Shown here one piece after another: positions 56,736 to 64,000 of a stretch of DNA of 64,000 bases (positions are counted from its first letter, which is position 1; each line of letters begins with the position of its first letter). Made by a program: the position numbers and the translations under genes. The stretch covers positions 6,085-70,084 of the forward strand of contig CBDFHV010000069.1 of the NCBI GenBank assembly GCA_965247705.1, given 5' to 3'. This stretch comes from Rhodospirillales bacterium. Lineage in GTDB: Bacteria > Pseudomonadota > Alphaproteobacteria > Rhodospirillales > CAMCUA01. The notes beneath the pieces are model-generated. The model worked only from the letters and a program-made list of their open reading frames with translations, ran no database searches and had not been told where the DNA came from.

Positions 56736-57545
56736 TCAGTCCAGCGCCGGAAACCGGTCTGCGGGTAGAAAAACGCGGGTGCACTTCATGAAGCGGGGGC
56801 CGTCGAAGGCGTCGCGGCTGTGCAGGTTCTGGCCGTTGTCGTACATGATCAGGTCGCCCATGCGCCAGGGGTGGTGGTAGTAGTTTTCCTCCCGCAGGTT
56901 GCAGGCCAGCAGGTCCTCGATCAACGGCTTCGCGTCCCCGTCGGGCATGCCTTCGATGCCCTTGGTCCTGAGGTGGACGTAGAGGGAGCGCCGGTCGCTT
57001 ATCGGATGCTTCAGCACCACGGGGTGGCTGACGTCCTTGTGGCGGACGGTCGCCGCGGGGGGCGTGCCGTAGATGCCGCGCAAGCCCTCGATGCGCGGCT
57101 TCAGGTCCTCGGGCACCGCCTCGTAGCCGAGCCGAATGTTGCACCAGTGGGTGGTGCCGCCCCGGGGCGGCGGCAACACCGCGAACAGGATCGACAGGGT
57201 CGCCGGGGTATCGCGGAAATACTGGTCCGAGTGCCAGGTCACGTCCCCGGCCCCCAGTCCGCCCAGGTCCTGGCCCGCCTGGTCCTTCATGTTGGTCAGA
57301 TAGATGACCTTTGGGTATTCGGGCGAGGCGGTGCGGGCGTTGGCCGCCGTCTCCACCCGGCCCATCAGGGCGCTGATCCGGTCCAGGTCCTGATCGTGCA
57401 GGCACTGGCCCCGGAACAGGAGCAGGGCGTGCTCGAGAAGGGTTTTACGAATTGTCTCGGCACCGGCCTGGTCCAGGTCGAGCAGGTTCAGGCCCCTGAC
57501 CTCGCGGCCGAAGGCGGCGTCGATGGGGTGCAGATCGAGGGGCAT
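56736..57545 (-). CDS. TauD/TfdA family Fe(II)/2-oxoglutarate dioxygenase
   Basis: 269 aa with the segments AFGREVRGLNL, WHSDQYF and HSRDAFDG. Confidence 0.85.
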   Translation of the reverse strand: MPLDLHPIDAAFGREVRGLNLLDLDQAGAETIRKTLLEHALLLFRGQCLHDQDLDRISALMGRVETAANARTASPEYPKVIYLTNMKDQAGQDLGGLGAGDVTWHSDQYFRDTPATLSILFAVLPPPRGGTTHWCNIRLGYEAVPEDLKPRIEGLRGIYGTPPAATVRHKDVSHPVVLKHPISDRRSLYVHLRTKGIEGMPDGDAKPLIEDLLACNLREENYYHHPWRMGDLIMYDNGQNLHSRDAFDGPRFMKCTRVFLPADRFPALD

Positions 57546-57557
57546 GGTCGCGGAGCC

Positions 57558-58565
57558 TCACATTGTCCGGTCGGTGGCCAAATGGAACACGCAGTCCCCC
57601 GGCACCACCCGGCCCATATTGCGCTGGCAGATGACCATGCCCGCGGTTTTGAAGTGGCAGGCGACGGGCTCCCGGCCCGGGTCGTCGACGAAATGCACCT
57701 GGCCGGCGGGCTGGCCGGATTTGATGGTGTCGCCCAGCCGGACGAAGGGCTCGAACAGGCCGGCGGCCGGGGACAGGGTGTAGTAGTCGCGGCCGCGGAC
57801 CTCCATGAACCGGGTCTCGGCCGGCGGCGGATGACCGGGCGGCAGCTCCATGACATGGAAGTGGGCGAGCACGCGGCGAAGCCCCGCCTCCACCAGGCGC
57901 ACCCCGTCCGGGTTGACCACGCCGCGCCCCCCGAACTCGCCGCCGATGCTGATCACTCCCAGTTTGTTGGCTGCCCGCTGCGCCACCTTTTCGCCCAAGC
58001 TATAGGCATGGATCATGGTGATGGGGGCGCCGAAGGCCCGCAAGGCCGCCAGGGCCTTGGCGTCATGGGCGTCGTCCCCGGAAACGTGCATGTTGGCGTA
58101 GGGGATGTAATCGAGCGAGGCGCCGCCGGCGTGAAAATCCTGCATGGCGTCGCACAGGGGCCAGACGACGCTGGTCAGGTAGTGGGCGATCTTCTCCGTC
58201 GGTCCGCCTTCCGGGTCGCCGGGGAACAACCGGTTGAGGTTCCCCCCGTCGACGGGCGACACCCGAGTGCCGGCCAGGGCCGCCGGCGTGTTGAGCGCCG
58301 GCAGGACAATCAGCCGCCCCTGCACTTCGCCCGGATCGATGACGCGGATCAGTTTGGTGAGGGCCACCTGGCCCTCGTACTCGTCGCCGTGGTTGCCGCC
58401 GGAGAGGGCGATGGTCGGCCCGGCGCCGTTCTTCACCACGCAGATGGGAATGGCGATGTTGCCGTAAGCCGACCGGGTCACCGAATGGGGCAGGTAAAGC
58501 TGCCCGACCTGCTTGCCGGCCTTCTCGTAGTCGATGTCGGTGAAGATGGGGGAATCGCTGGTCAT
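57558..58565 (-). CDS. succinylglutamate desuccinylase/aspartoacylase (AstE/AspA, M14-like) family deacylase
   Basis: The ATG at 58565 lies within the long ORF 57558..59552. It has the segments [15 protein letters not shown] and GNLNRLFPG. Confidence 0.85.
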   Translation of the reverse strand: MTSDSPIFTDIDYEKAGKQVGQLYLPHSVTRSAYGNIAIPICVVKNGAGPTIALSGGNHGDEYEGQVALTKLIRVIDPGEVQGRLIVLPALNTPAALAGTRVSPVDGGNLNRLFPGDPEGGPTEKIAHYLTSVVWPLCDAMQDFHAGGASLDYIPYANMHVSGDDAHDAKALAALRAFGAPITMIHAYSLGEKVAQRAANKLGVISIGGEFGGRGVVNPDGVRLVEAGLRRVLAHFHVMELPPGHPPPAETRFMEVRGRDYYTLSPAAGLFEPFVRLGDTIKSGQPAGQVHFVDDPGREPVACHFKTAGMVICQRNMGRVVPGDCVFHLATDRTM

Positions 58566-58585
58566 GATGTCATTCCCTCGCCCCT

Positions 58586-59596
58586 TCAGGGCACATAATC
58601 CTCGGCCAGATGGGCGACGCAGTCGCCCCGCTCCACGGCTGTGGGGGTGCGGCGGCAGATGACGATCCCGTCGGACCCGAAATGGACGGCGCGCGGGGGG
58701 CGTTCCGGATCGTCGATGAAGTGCACCTGCCCGGCGAGCTGGCCGGCGTTCACCCCGTCGCCCAGGTCGAAGGCGGGCTCGAACAAACCCCGGTCGGGCG
58801 CGTAAACGAAGTGGCGGCCCTCCACCCGCATCAGCCGCGTGGGCGGTCCCTCGAGCTCGGTTGGGAACGCCCCGTCGGCTAGCAGGCCGAGGTGGCGCAT
58901 CAGGTTGCGCACACCGCGCTCGGTCACCGCAATGGTCTGTGGCGTGACCGTGCCGCTGCCTCCCAGCTCGGCGCCGATGGCAAGAACGCCACGGCGATTG
59001 GCGGTGGCGATCAGGGTCCGGTCCTCGCGGCTCTCGGTCAGGTAGGCTCGGGGCGCGCCGGTCGCCACGAGGGCGGCGATGGTCCGCTGCCGCTCGCCGG
59101 CGTCTTCCGGCAGGCGGGCGAGGAAGCTGGGCAGATAGTGAAGGGTGCGCCCGCCGGCGTGCAGGTCCACCACCGCTTGGCACTGGGGCAGCAGCACGCT
59201 GTCTATGTAGTGGGCGATCATCGGTGACGGCGTGGAATCCGGATTGCCGGGAAACAGCCGGTTGAGGTTGCCGTCGTCGATTGGCGAGACCCGGGTACCG
59301 GCCGTGGCGGCCGGGAAGTTGGCCGCCGGCAGGATCATCACCCGCCCCCGCACCGCATCCGGGTCCAGGTCGCGGATCAGCTTGGTGAGCACGATCTGGC
59401 CCTCGTACTCGTCCCCATGATTGCCGGCCATGAAGAGGACGGTGGGCCCTCGACTGTTCTTGATCTGGGCGAAGGGCAGCCCGATCCAGCCGTAGGCGGA
59501 GACGTTGCTGGAATAGGGCAGGTGCAGATAGGAGACCTGCCGCCCCTCCCATTCGAAGTCGATGTCCGTCGAGATGCGGCTCGGGCGGTCGGTCAC
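58586..59596 (-). CDS. succinylglutamate desuccinylase/aspartoacylase family deacylase (tandem paralogue)
   Basis: 336 aa with [14 protein letters not shown] and GNLNRLFPG. The GTG start overlaps the upstream stop (GTGA at 59593-59596). Confidence 0.85.
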   Translation of the reverse strand: MTDRPSRISTDIDFEWEGRQVSYLHLPYSSNVSAYGWIGLPFAQIKNSRGPTVLFMAGNHGDEYEGQIVLTKLIRDLDPDAVRGRVMILPAANFPAATAGTRVSPIDDGNLNRLFPGNPDSTPSPMIAHYIDSVLLPQCQAVVDLHAGGRTLHYLPSFLARLPEDAGERQRTIAALVATGAPRAYLTESREDRTLIATANRRGVLAIGAELGGSGTVTPQTIAVTERGVRNLMRHLGLLADGAFPTELEGPPTRLMRVEGRHFVYAPDRGLFEPAFDLGDGVNAGQLAGQVHFIDDPERPPRAVHFGSDGIVICRRTPTAVERGDCVAHLAEDYVP

Positions 59597-60633
59597 GACG
59601 CTACCTTAATCGCTGCGGTGGCCTCTTCGGGCGGCGTCACCAGATGACAGGCCGTGCGGTGCCCGGCCTCCGTCTCCAACAGGGCCGGGTCCAGGCGTTG
59701 GCACACGTCCATCGCGTGGGGGCAGCGGGTGTGGAATCGGCAGCCGCTGGGCGGGTTGATGGGACTGGGGACATCGCCCACGACCCGCAGGCGTTCCGTC
59801 CGCCGGGCCTTGGGGTCGGGAATGGGCACGGAGTCGAGCAGTCCCTGGGTGTAGGGGTGCTGGGGGTTGTCGTAGAGCCTCTTCTTGTCGGCGATCTCGA
59901 CGATCCGGCCCAGGTACATGACGGCGACCCGATCGGCGATGTGCTTCACCACGCTGAGATCGTGGGAGATGAACAGGTAGGTGAGATCGAATTCCTTCTG
60001 CAGGTCCTGCATCAGGTTGATGATCTGGGCCTGGATGGAGACGTCGAGGGCCGACACCGGTTCGTCGCAGACGATGAACTTCGGATTGGTGGCCAGGGCC
60101 CGGGCGATGCCGATGCGCTGGCGCTGGCCGCCGGAGAATTCATGGGGGAACCGTTCGGCGTGGTAGCTGGCGAGGCCCACCACATCCATCAAGTCCCGCA
60201 CCCGGGCCACCCGCTCCTCGTGGGTATTGCCGCCGTGGATCAACAGGGGTTCGCTGATAATCTCGGACACCGACATGCGGGGGTCCAGGGATCCGAACGG
60301 GTCCTGGAAGATGATCTGCATCTCGCGACGGAACGGCTGCATGTTGCGGTTGTTCAGGGCCAGCAAGTCCTGACCGTCGAACAGAATCATGCCGGCCGTG
60401 GGCTCGATCAGGCGGATCAGCATGCGCCCGGTAGTGGTCTTGCCGCAACCGCTTTCGCCGACCAGGCCCAGGGTCTCGCCGCGCCCGATACTGAAGGTGA
60501 TCCCGTCCACCGCCTTCACCGCGCCGACCCGGCGGGAGAAGACGATGCCCCGGTTGATGGGGAAGTGCTTGACCAGACCCTCGACGACGATCAGGTCGTC
60601 GGCCGGGTCCGGGGGCGCCGCCGTGGCCGCCAT
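59593..60633 (-). CDS. peptide/nickel-type ABC transporter ATP-binding protein (DppF/OppF-like)
   Basis: The ATG at 60633 starts the gene. Walker A is GESGCGKTT and the signature is FSGGQRQR. It has a C-terminal oligopeptide-type extension. Confidence 0.9.
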   Translation of the reverse strand: MAATAAPPDPADDLIVVEGLVKHFPINRGIVFSRRVGAVKAVDGITFSIGRGETLGLVGESGCGKTTTGRMLIRLIEPTAGMILFDGQDLLALNNRNMQPFRREMQIIFQDPFGSLDPRMSVSEIISEPLLIHGGNTHEERVARVRDLMDVVGLASYHAERFPHEFSGGQRQRIGIARALATNPKFIVCDEPVSALDVSIQAQIINLMQDLQKEFDLTYLFISHDLSVVKHIADRVAVMYLGRIVEIADKKRLYDNPQHPYTQGLLDSVPIPDPKARRTERLRVVGDVPSPINPPSGCRFHTRCPHAMDVCQRLDPALLETEAGHRTACHLVTPPEEATAAIKVAS

Positions 60634-61625
60634 TAGGCGCTGCCCCCGCCCACCGCATAGTCCCGGTGCTTGATGCAGGCGGCGATCCGCTCGGGCCCCA
60701 CATCCAGCAATGGTGGGTCGTTTTGGCTGCATGCGGACTTGGCATACTCGCAGCGGGGCTCGAACCGGCAGCCCGACGGCAGGTCGAAGGGCGACGGCAC
60801 GATGCCCGAGATCATGCGCAGTCGCTCCCGCTCTTCCACCAGGGACGGGATGCTGTCCAGCAGGCCCTCGGTGTAGGGGTGCATGGGCGCATGGAAGATC
60901 GGCTCCACCGGTCCTTGCTCGATGATACGGCCGGCGTACATGACCACCACCCGGTCCACCACCTCGGCGATGACGCCCAGGTCGTGGGTGATGATGACAA
61001 CGGCCATGCCGAATTCCTTCTGAAGGTCGCGCAGCAGGTCGAAGATCTGGGCCTGGATGGTCACGTCGAGGGCCGTCGTCGGCTCGTCGGCGAGCAGCAG
61101 CTTGGGATTGCAGGCCAGCGCCATGGCGATCATCACCCGCTGGCGCATGCCGCCGGACATCTGGTGGGGATACTCGTCGATGCGCTGCCGCGCCGACGGG
61201 ATGCCGACCCGGTCGAGCATCTCCACCGCCCGTTCGAAGGCGGCGCGGTGGCCCAGCTTCTCGTGGCGGATGATGGTCTCCACGATCTGGTCGCCGATGG
61301 TGAACACCGGGTTCAGGGACGTCATTGGCTCCTGGAAGATCATCGAGATTTCGGCGCCCCGGATCTCCTGCATCTGGGCCTCGGTCTTGCCCATCAGGTC
61401 TTCGCCCTGGAACAGAACCTCGCCGCTGACGATACGGCCCGGGGGCTGCGGAATGAGGCGCATGATGGACAGCGCGGTGACGCTCTTGCCGCTGCCCGAT
61501 TCACCGACGATGCCCAGAACCTCGCCCTCGTCGAGATGGAAACTGGCGTGCTCGATGGCGGAGAAGGTGCCTTCGTCCACCGTGAACTGGGTGGTGAGGT
61601 CGCGAACGTCGAGAAGGCGGCTCAC
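60633..61625 (-). CDS. peptide/nickel-type ABC transporter ATP-binding protein (DppD/OppD-like)
   Basis: The GTG at 61625 starts the gene. Walker A is GESGSGKSV and the signature is MSGGMRQR. The stop overlaps the downstream ATG (TAATG). Confidence 0.9.
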   Translation of the reverse strand: MSRLLDVRDLTTQFTVDEGTFSAIEHASFHLDEGEVLGIVGESGSGKSVTALSIMRLIPQPPGRIVSGEVLFQGEDLMGKTEAQMQEIRGAEISMIFQEPMTSLNPVFTIGDQIVETIIRHEKLGHRAAFERAVEMLDRVGIPSARQRIDEYPHQMSGGMRQRVMIAMALACNPKLLLADEPTTALDVTIQAQIFDLLRDLQKEFGMAVVIITHDLGVIAEVVDRVVVMYAGRIIEQGPVEPIFHAPMHPYTEGLLDSIPSLVEERERLRMISGIVPSPFDLPSGCRFEPRCEYAKSACSQNDPPLLDVGPERIAACIKHRDYAVGGGSA

Positions 61626-61630
61626 CGCGG

Positions 61631-62491
61631 TCAGCTCTGCTGGACCCGCATGCGGGGATCGAGGGCATCGCGCAGCCCGTCGCCCAGCAGGTTCAGCCCC
61701 AGCACCGTCAGGGCGATGGCGATCCCGGGAAAGAGGGTGATCCAGGCCGCCTCGCGCATGTAGTTGCGGCCCTCGGAGATGATGTTGCCCCAGGTCGGCG
61801 TTGGCGGCTCGGGGCCGACACCGAGGAAGCTGAGGATGGCCTCGGCGAGGACCGCGTAGGCGAAGATGAAGGTGCACTGAACGATCAGCGGCGCCAGGCT
61901 GTTGGGCAGAATGTGCTTGAACATGATGCGCGGCGCCGAGGCGCCGCAGGCCCGGGCCGCCTGAACGTACTCCATCTCCGGCACCACCAGGACCGAAGCC
62001 CGCACGATGCGCGCCGTCCGCGGCGTGTAGACGACGGACAGCGCGATGACGGCGTTGGTCAGGGACGGCCCCAACGCGGCGGCGATGCCGATGGCCAGCA
62101 GGATCGCCGGAAAGGCCATGAAGGCGTCCATGACCCGCATCAGGGGGTTGTCCAGGCGGTGGAAATAGCCGGCCAGCGCCCCGATGTAGGTTCCCGCCAA
62201 GCCGGTGAAAATCACCACCTCGAAGCCGATCTGGAGGGACAGCCGCGCCCCGTGGACCACCCGACTGAGGAGGTCGCGACCGAAGTTGTCGGTACCGAAC
62301 AGGAACTGGCCGAACGGCTCTTCGAACCGGTGGCGGAACTGGATCTTGTCGGGCGGGATCTGGGCGATGACATCGGCGAAGATGGCCACGCCGACGATGA
62401 ACAGGAACATCGCCGATCCGGTAAGAAATAGTTTGTGGCTCTTCAGGCGACGCAGGACGCGCGACCGTCGCCAACGTTGGAGGGTCAGCAC
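61631..62491 (-). CDS. ABC transporter permease (DppC/OppC-like)
   Basis: 286 aa with a GTG start. It has the segments FGTDNFGRDLLSRVVHGAR and the EAA-type loop YVQAARACGAS. Confidence 0.9.
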   Translation of the reverse strand: MLTLQRWRRSRVLRRLKSHKLFLTGSAMFLFIVGVAIFADVIAQIPPDKIQFRHRFEEPFGQFLFGTDNFGRDLLSRVVHGARLSLQIGFEVVIFTGLAGTYIGALAGYFHRLDNPLMRVMDAFMAFPAILLAIGIAAALGPSLTNAVIALSVVYTPRTARIVRASVLVVPEMEYVQAARACGASAPRIMFKHILPNSLAPLIVQCTFIFAYAVLAEAILSFLGVGPEPPTPTWGNIISEGRNYMREAAWITLFPGIAIALTVLGLNLLGDGLRDALDPRMRVQQS

Positions 62492-62528
62492 GATCCGCGC
62501 GCGGCGCGCCGGGGCTGTGGCAATGTCG

Positions 62529-63486
62529 CTAATTTTGTTCCCTCTCGTAGCGGACTCGCGGATCGAAATAGGCGTAGAGGAGGTCCACGATCAGGTTGAT
62601 GACGACGAGCATGCCGGCGACGAACAACAGGCTGCCCTGAATGACCGGATAGTCGCGGCGCATGATGGCCGATCCGATCAGACGGCCGACTCCGGGCACG
62701 GAATAGACCGTCTCGATGACGATGGAGCCGCCTAGGCATCAGGCTGAAGACAATGCCGATCACCGTGATCACCGGGATCATCACGTTCTTCAAGGCGTGC
62801 TTGCCGATGACGACATAGGTCTTCATGCCCTTGGCCTGGGCGGTGCGGATGTAGTCCTGACGCAGCACCTCCAGCATGGTCGAGCGGGTGATGCGCGCCA
62901 GCAACCCCATCTGGGCCAGGGCCAGGGAAAAGGACGGCAGGATGGTGCTCCGCAGCCACCCCCAGGGATCTTCCGTTAGGGGCACGTAGCCGCCGGAGGG
63001 CAGCCAACTCATGTGCACGGCAAATAGGATAATCAGCAGCAGCCCCAGCCAAAAATTGGGGATCGAGACGCCCAACAGCGCGAACGTCATAAATAGCTGA
63101 TCGACCCAGGTGTTTTGTCTCAACGCCGCCAGCACGCCGCTGCCGACAGCGACGCTCACCGTCATGATGAGGGCGAAGAACGAGATCGACAGGGTCACCG
63201 GCAGGCGCTCGATGATCGCCGTGGTGACGCTGCGGCCGAGCAGGAACAAATCCCCCAGGTCGCCATGGAGCAGGGCCCAGTACCAGTTGCCGAGCTGGAT
63301 GAAGATCGGCTCGTTCAGCCCCAGTTGCTGGCGAACTTGCTCGATCTCCTGGGGCGTCGCCTCCATGCCGGCGATGATCATCGCCGGATCCCCCGGCACC
63401 AGCTTCATAATGAAGAAGGCGATCAGGGTGACCATGAAGACCACCGGAAAGGCGCTCAGCAGCCGTCGGACGATGTACTGCCCCAT
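62529..63486 (-). pseudogene. ABC transporter permease (DppB/OppB-like) with a 1-nt frameshift near 62731-62736
   Basis: MGQYIVRRLLSAFPVVFMVTLIAFFIMKLVPGDP... is family-like up to VITVIGIVFSLM. The expected tail GGSIVIETVYSVPGVGRLIG...DPRVRYE continues in another frame to the TAG at 62529. The span is 958 nt (3n+1). Confidence 0.75.
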
Positions 63487-63590
63487 GGGCGGCGCTCGCG
63501 AAAATTCCGAGAATTCGAACGGATGGAAAAGTCCCGCCGACGGCAACCGCGCCGCCGGCGGGCGTCAAGTCCGTTTAGGGACCGGTGGCG

Positions 63591-64000
63591 CTAGTCCTTC
63601 CACACGTTCCAGAAGCGCGGTACGCGGTAGGGCGCGAAGTTGTGCACCTTGGCCTGCACCGCCTGGATCTTGTTGTAGTCGCCGAACTTCAGATTGTAGA
63701 CGTTGTCGTACAATCGCTTCTGCGCCTGGGAGAACGCATCGAGGCGTTCCTTGAGGGTCGTCTTCTGATGCATGTCTTCCCACGGCTGCAGCCACGCCGG
63801 GTCCTTGTCGCCGGCGCCCGGCCACATGCTGGGCGGATACAAGCCCTTCATGGCACCGCGCGGGCCGATCGACGGCCCCGTCCCCATGCCAGTGAAGAAG
63901 AAATTCCACCGGGTATAGTCCGTGCGCCGCTTGCGCGACGTCGGCCAGTCGGTGACCTCCATCTTGGCGTTTAGGGTCCGGACTCATTCAAATCCAGTAG
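63591..64000 (-). CDS. ABC transporter substrate-binding protein (family 5), 3' part only, gene continues beyond the window
   Basis: The C-terminal MEVTDWPTSRKRR...WNFFFTGMG...FGDYNKIQAVQAKVHNFAPYRVPRFWNVWKD is typical of DppA/OppA-type SBPs. An in-frame TGA at 63984-63986 suggests a frameshift near 63974-63976. Confidence 0.65.

Noticed and set aside
1-64000. I searched for a CRISPR array, rRNA genes and tRNA genes.
   Set aside because: I saw no regularly spaced direct repeats with unique spacers and no rRNA-like or cloverleaf-compatible segments. The only repeats are the palindromic REP units, the MITE-like element and the IS ends.

Overview
GC-rich, proteobacterial-type (probably alphaproteobacterial) chromosomal segment with about 60 protein-coding genes, no rRNA or tRNA genes and no CRISPR array. 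The main points are listed here. (1) A minus-strand unit runs from a GrdB/PrdB-family selenoprotein gene, recognisable only by reading through an in-frame TGA at 16940-16942, into selA, selB and a DMT transporter. (2) A PEP-CTERM/exosortase-associated neighbourhood (33.9-42.7 kb) holds a very acidic PEP-CTERM protein behind a near-consensus sigma-54 promoter, a GNAT-ACP-adenylating enzyme cassette, and a prsT gene broken by a frameshift and an IS1595 insertion. (3) An orphan ThsB-type TIR protein (45093-45602) has no recognisable ThsA partner. (4) There is an MNT/HepT toxin-antitoxin pair. (5) Four insertion sequences are present (two IS1380-family, one IS1595-family, one IS21-family). Two have clean target duplications and two are flanked by unrelated truncated genes. 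(6) A peptide-type ABC transporter operon is followed by tandem AstE/AspA-family deacylases and a TauD dioxygenase. (7) Intergenic repeats include a REP family (GGGCCGGTCTSAGACCGGCCC plus CTACGC) at three loci and a 218-bp nested palindromic MITE-like element. The window also has an unusual number of gene-breaking lesions: five apparent 1-nt frameshifts, one amber codon and one lost start codon. Four of the five frameshifts sit in G/C runs, so sequencing or assembly error must be excluded before any of them is called a pseudogene. The remaining genes are ordinary metabolic and transport genes (VOC, DapA-like, TauD, alpha/beta hydrolases, EamA transporters, class III cyclases). All function calls come from reading the translated ORFs by eye. 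No database search was run.
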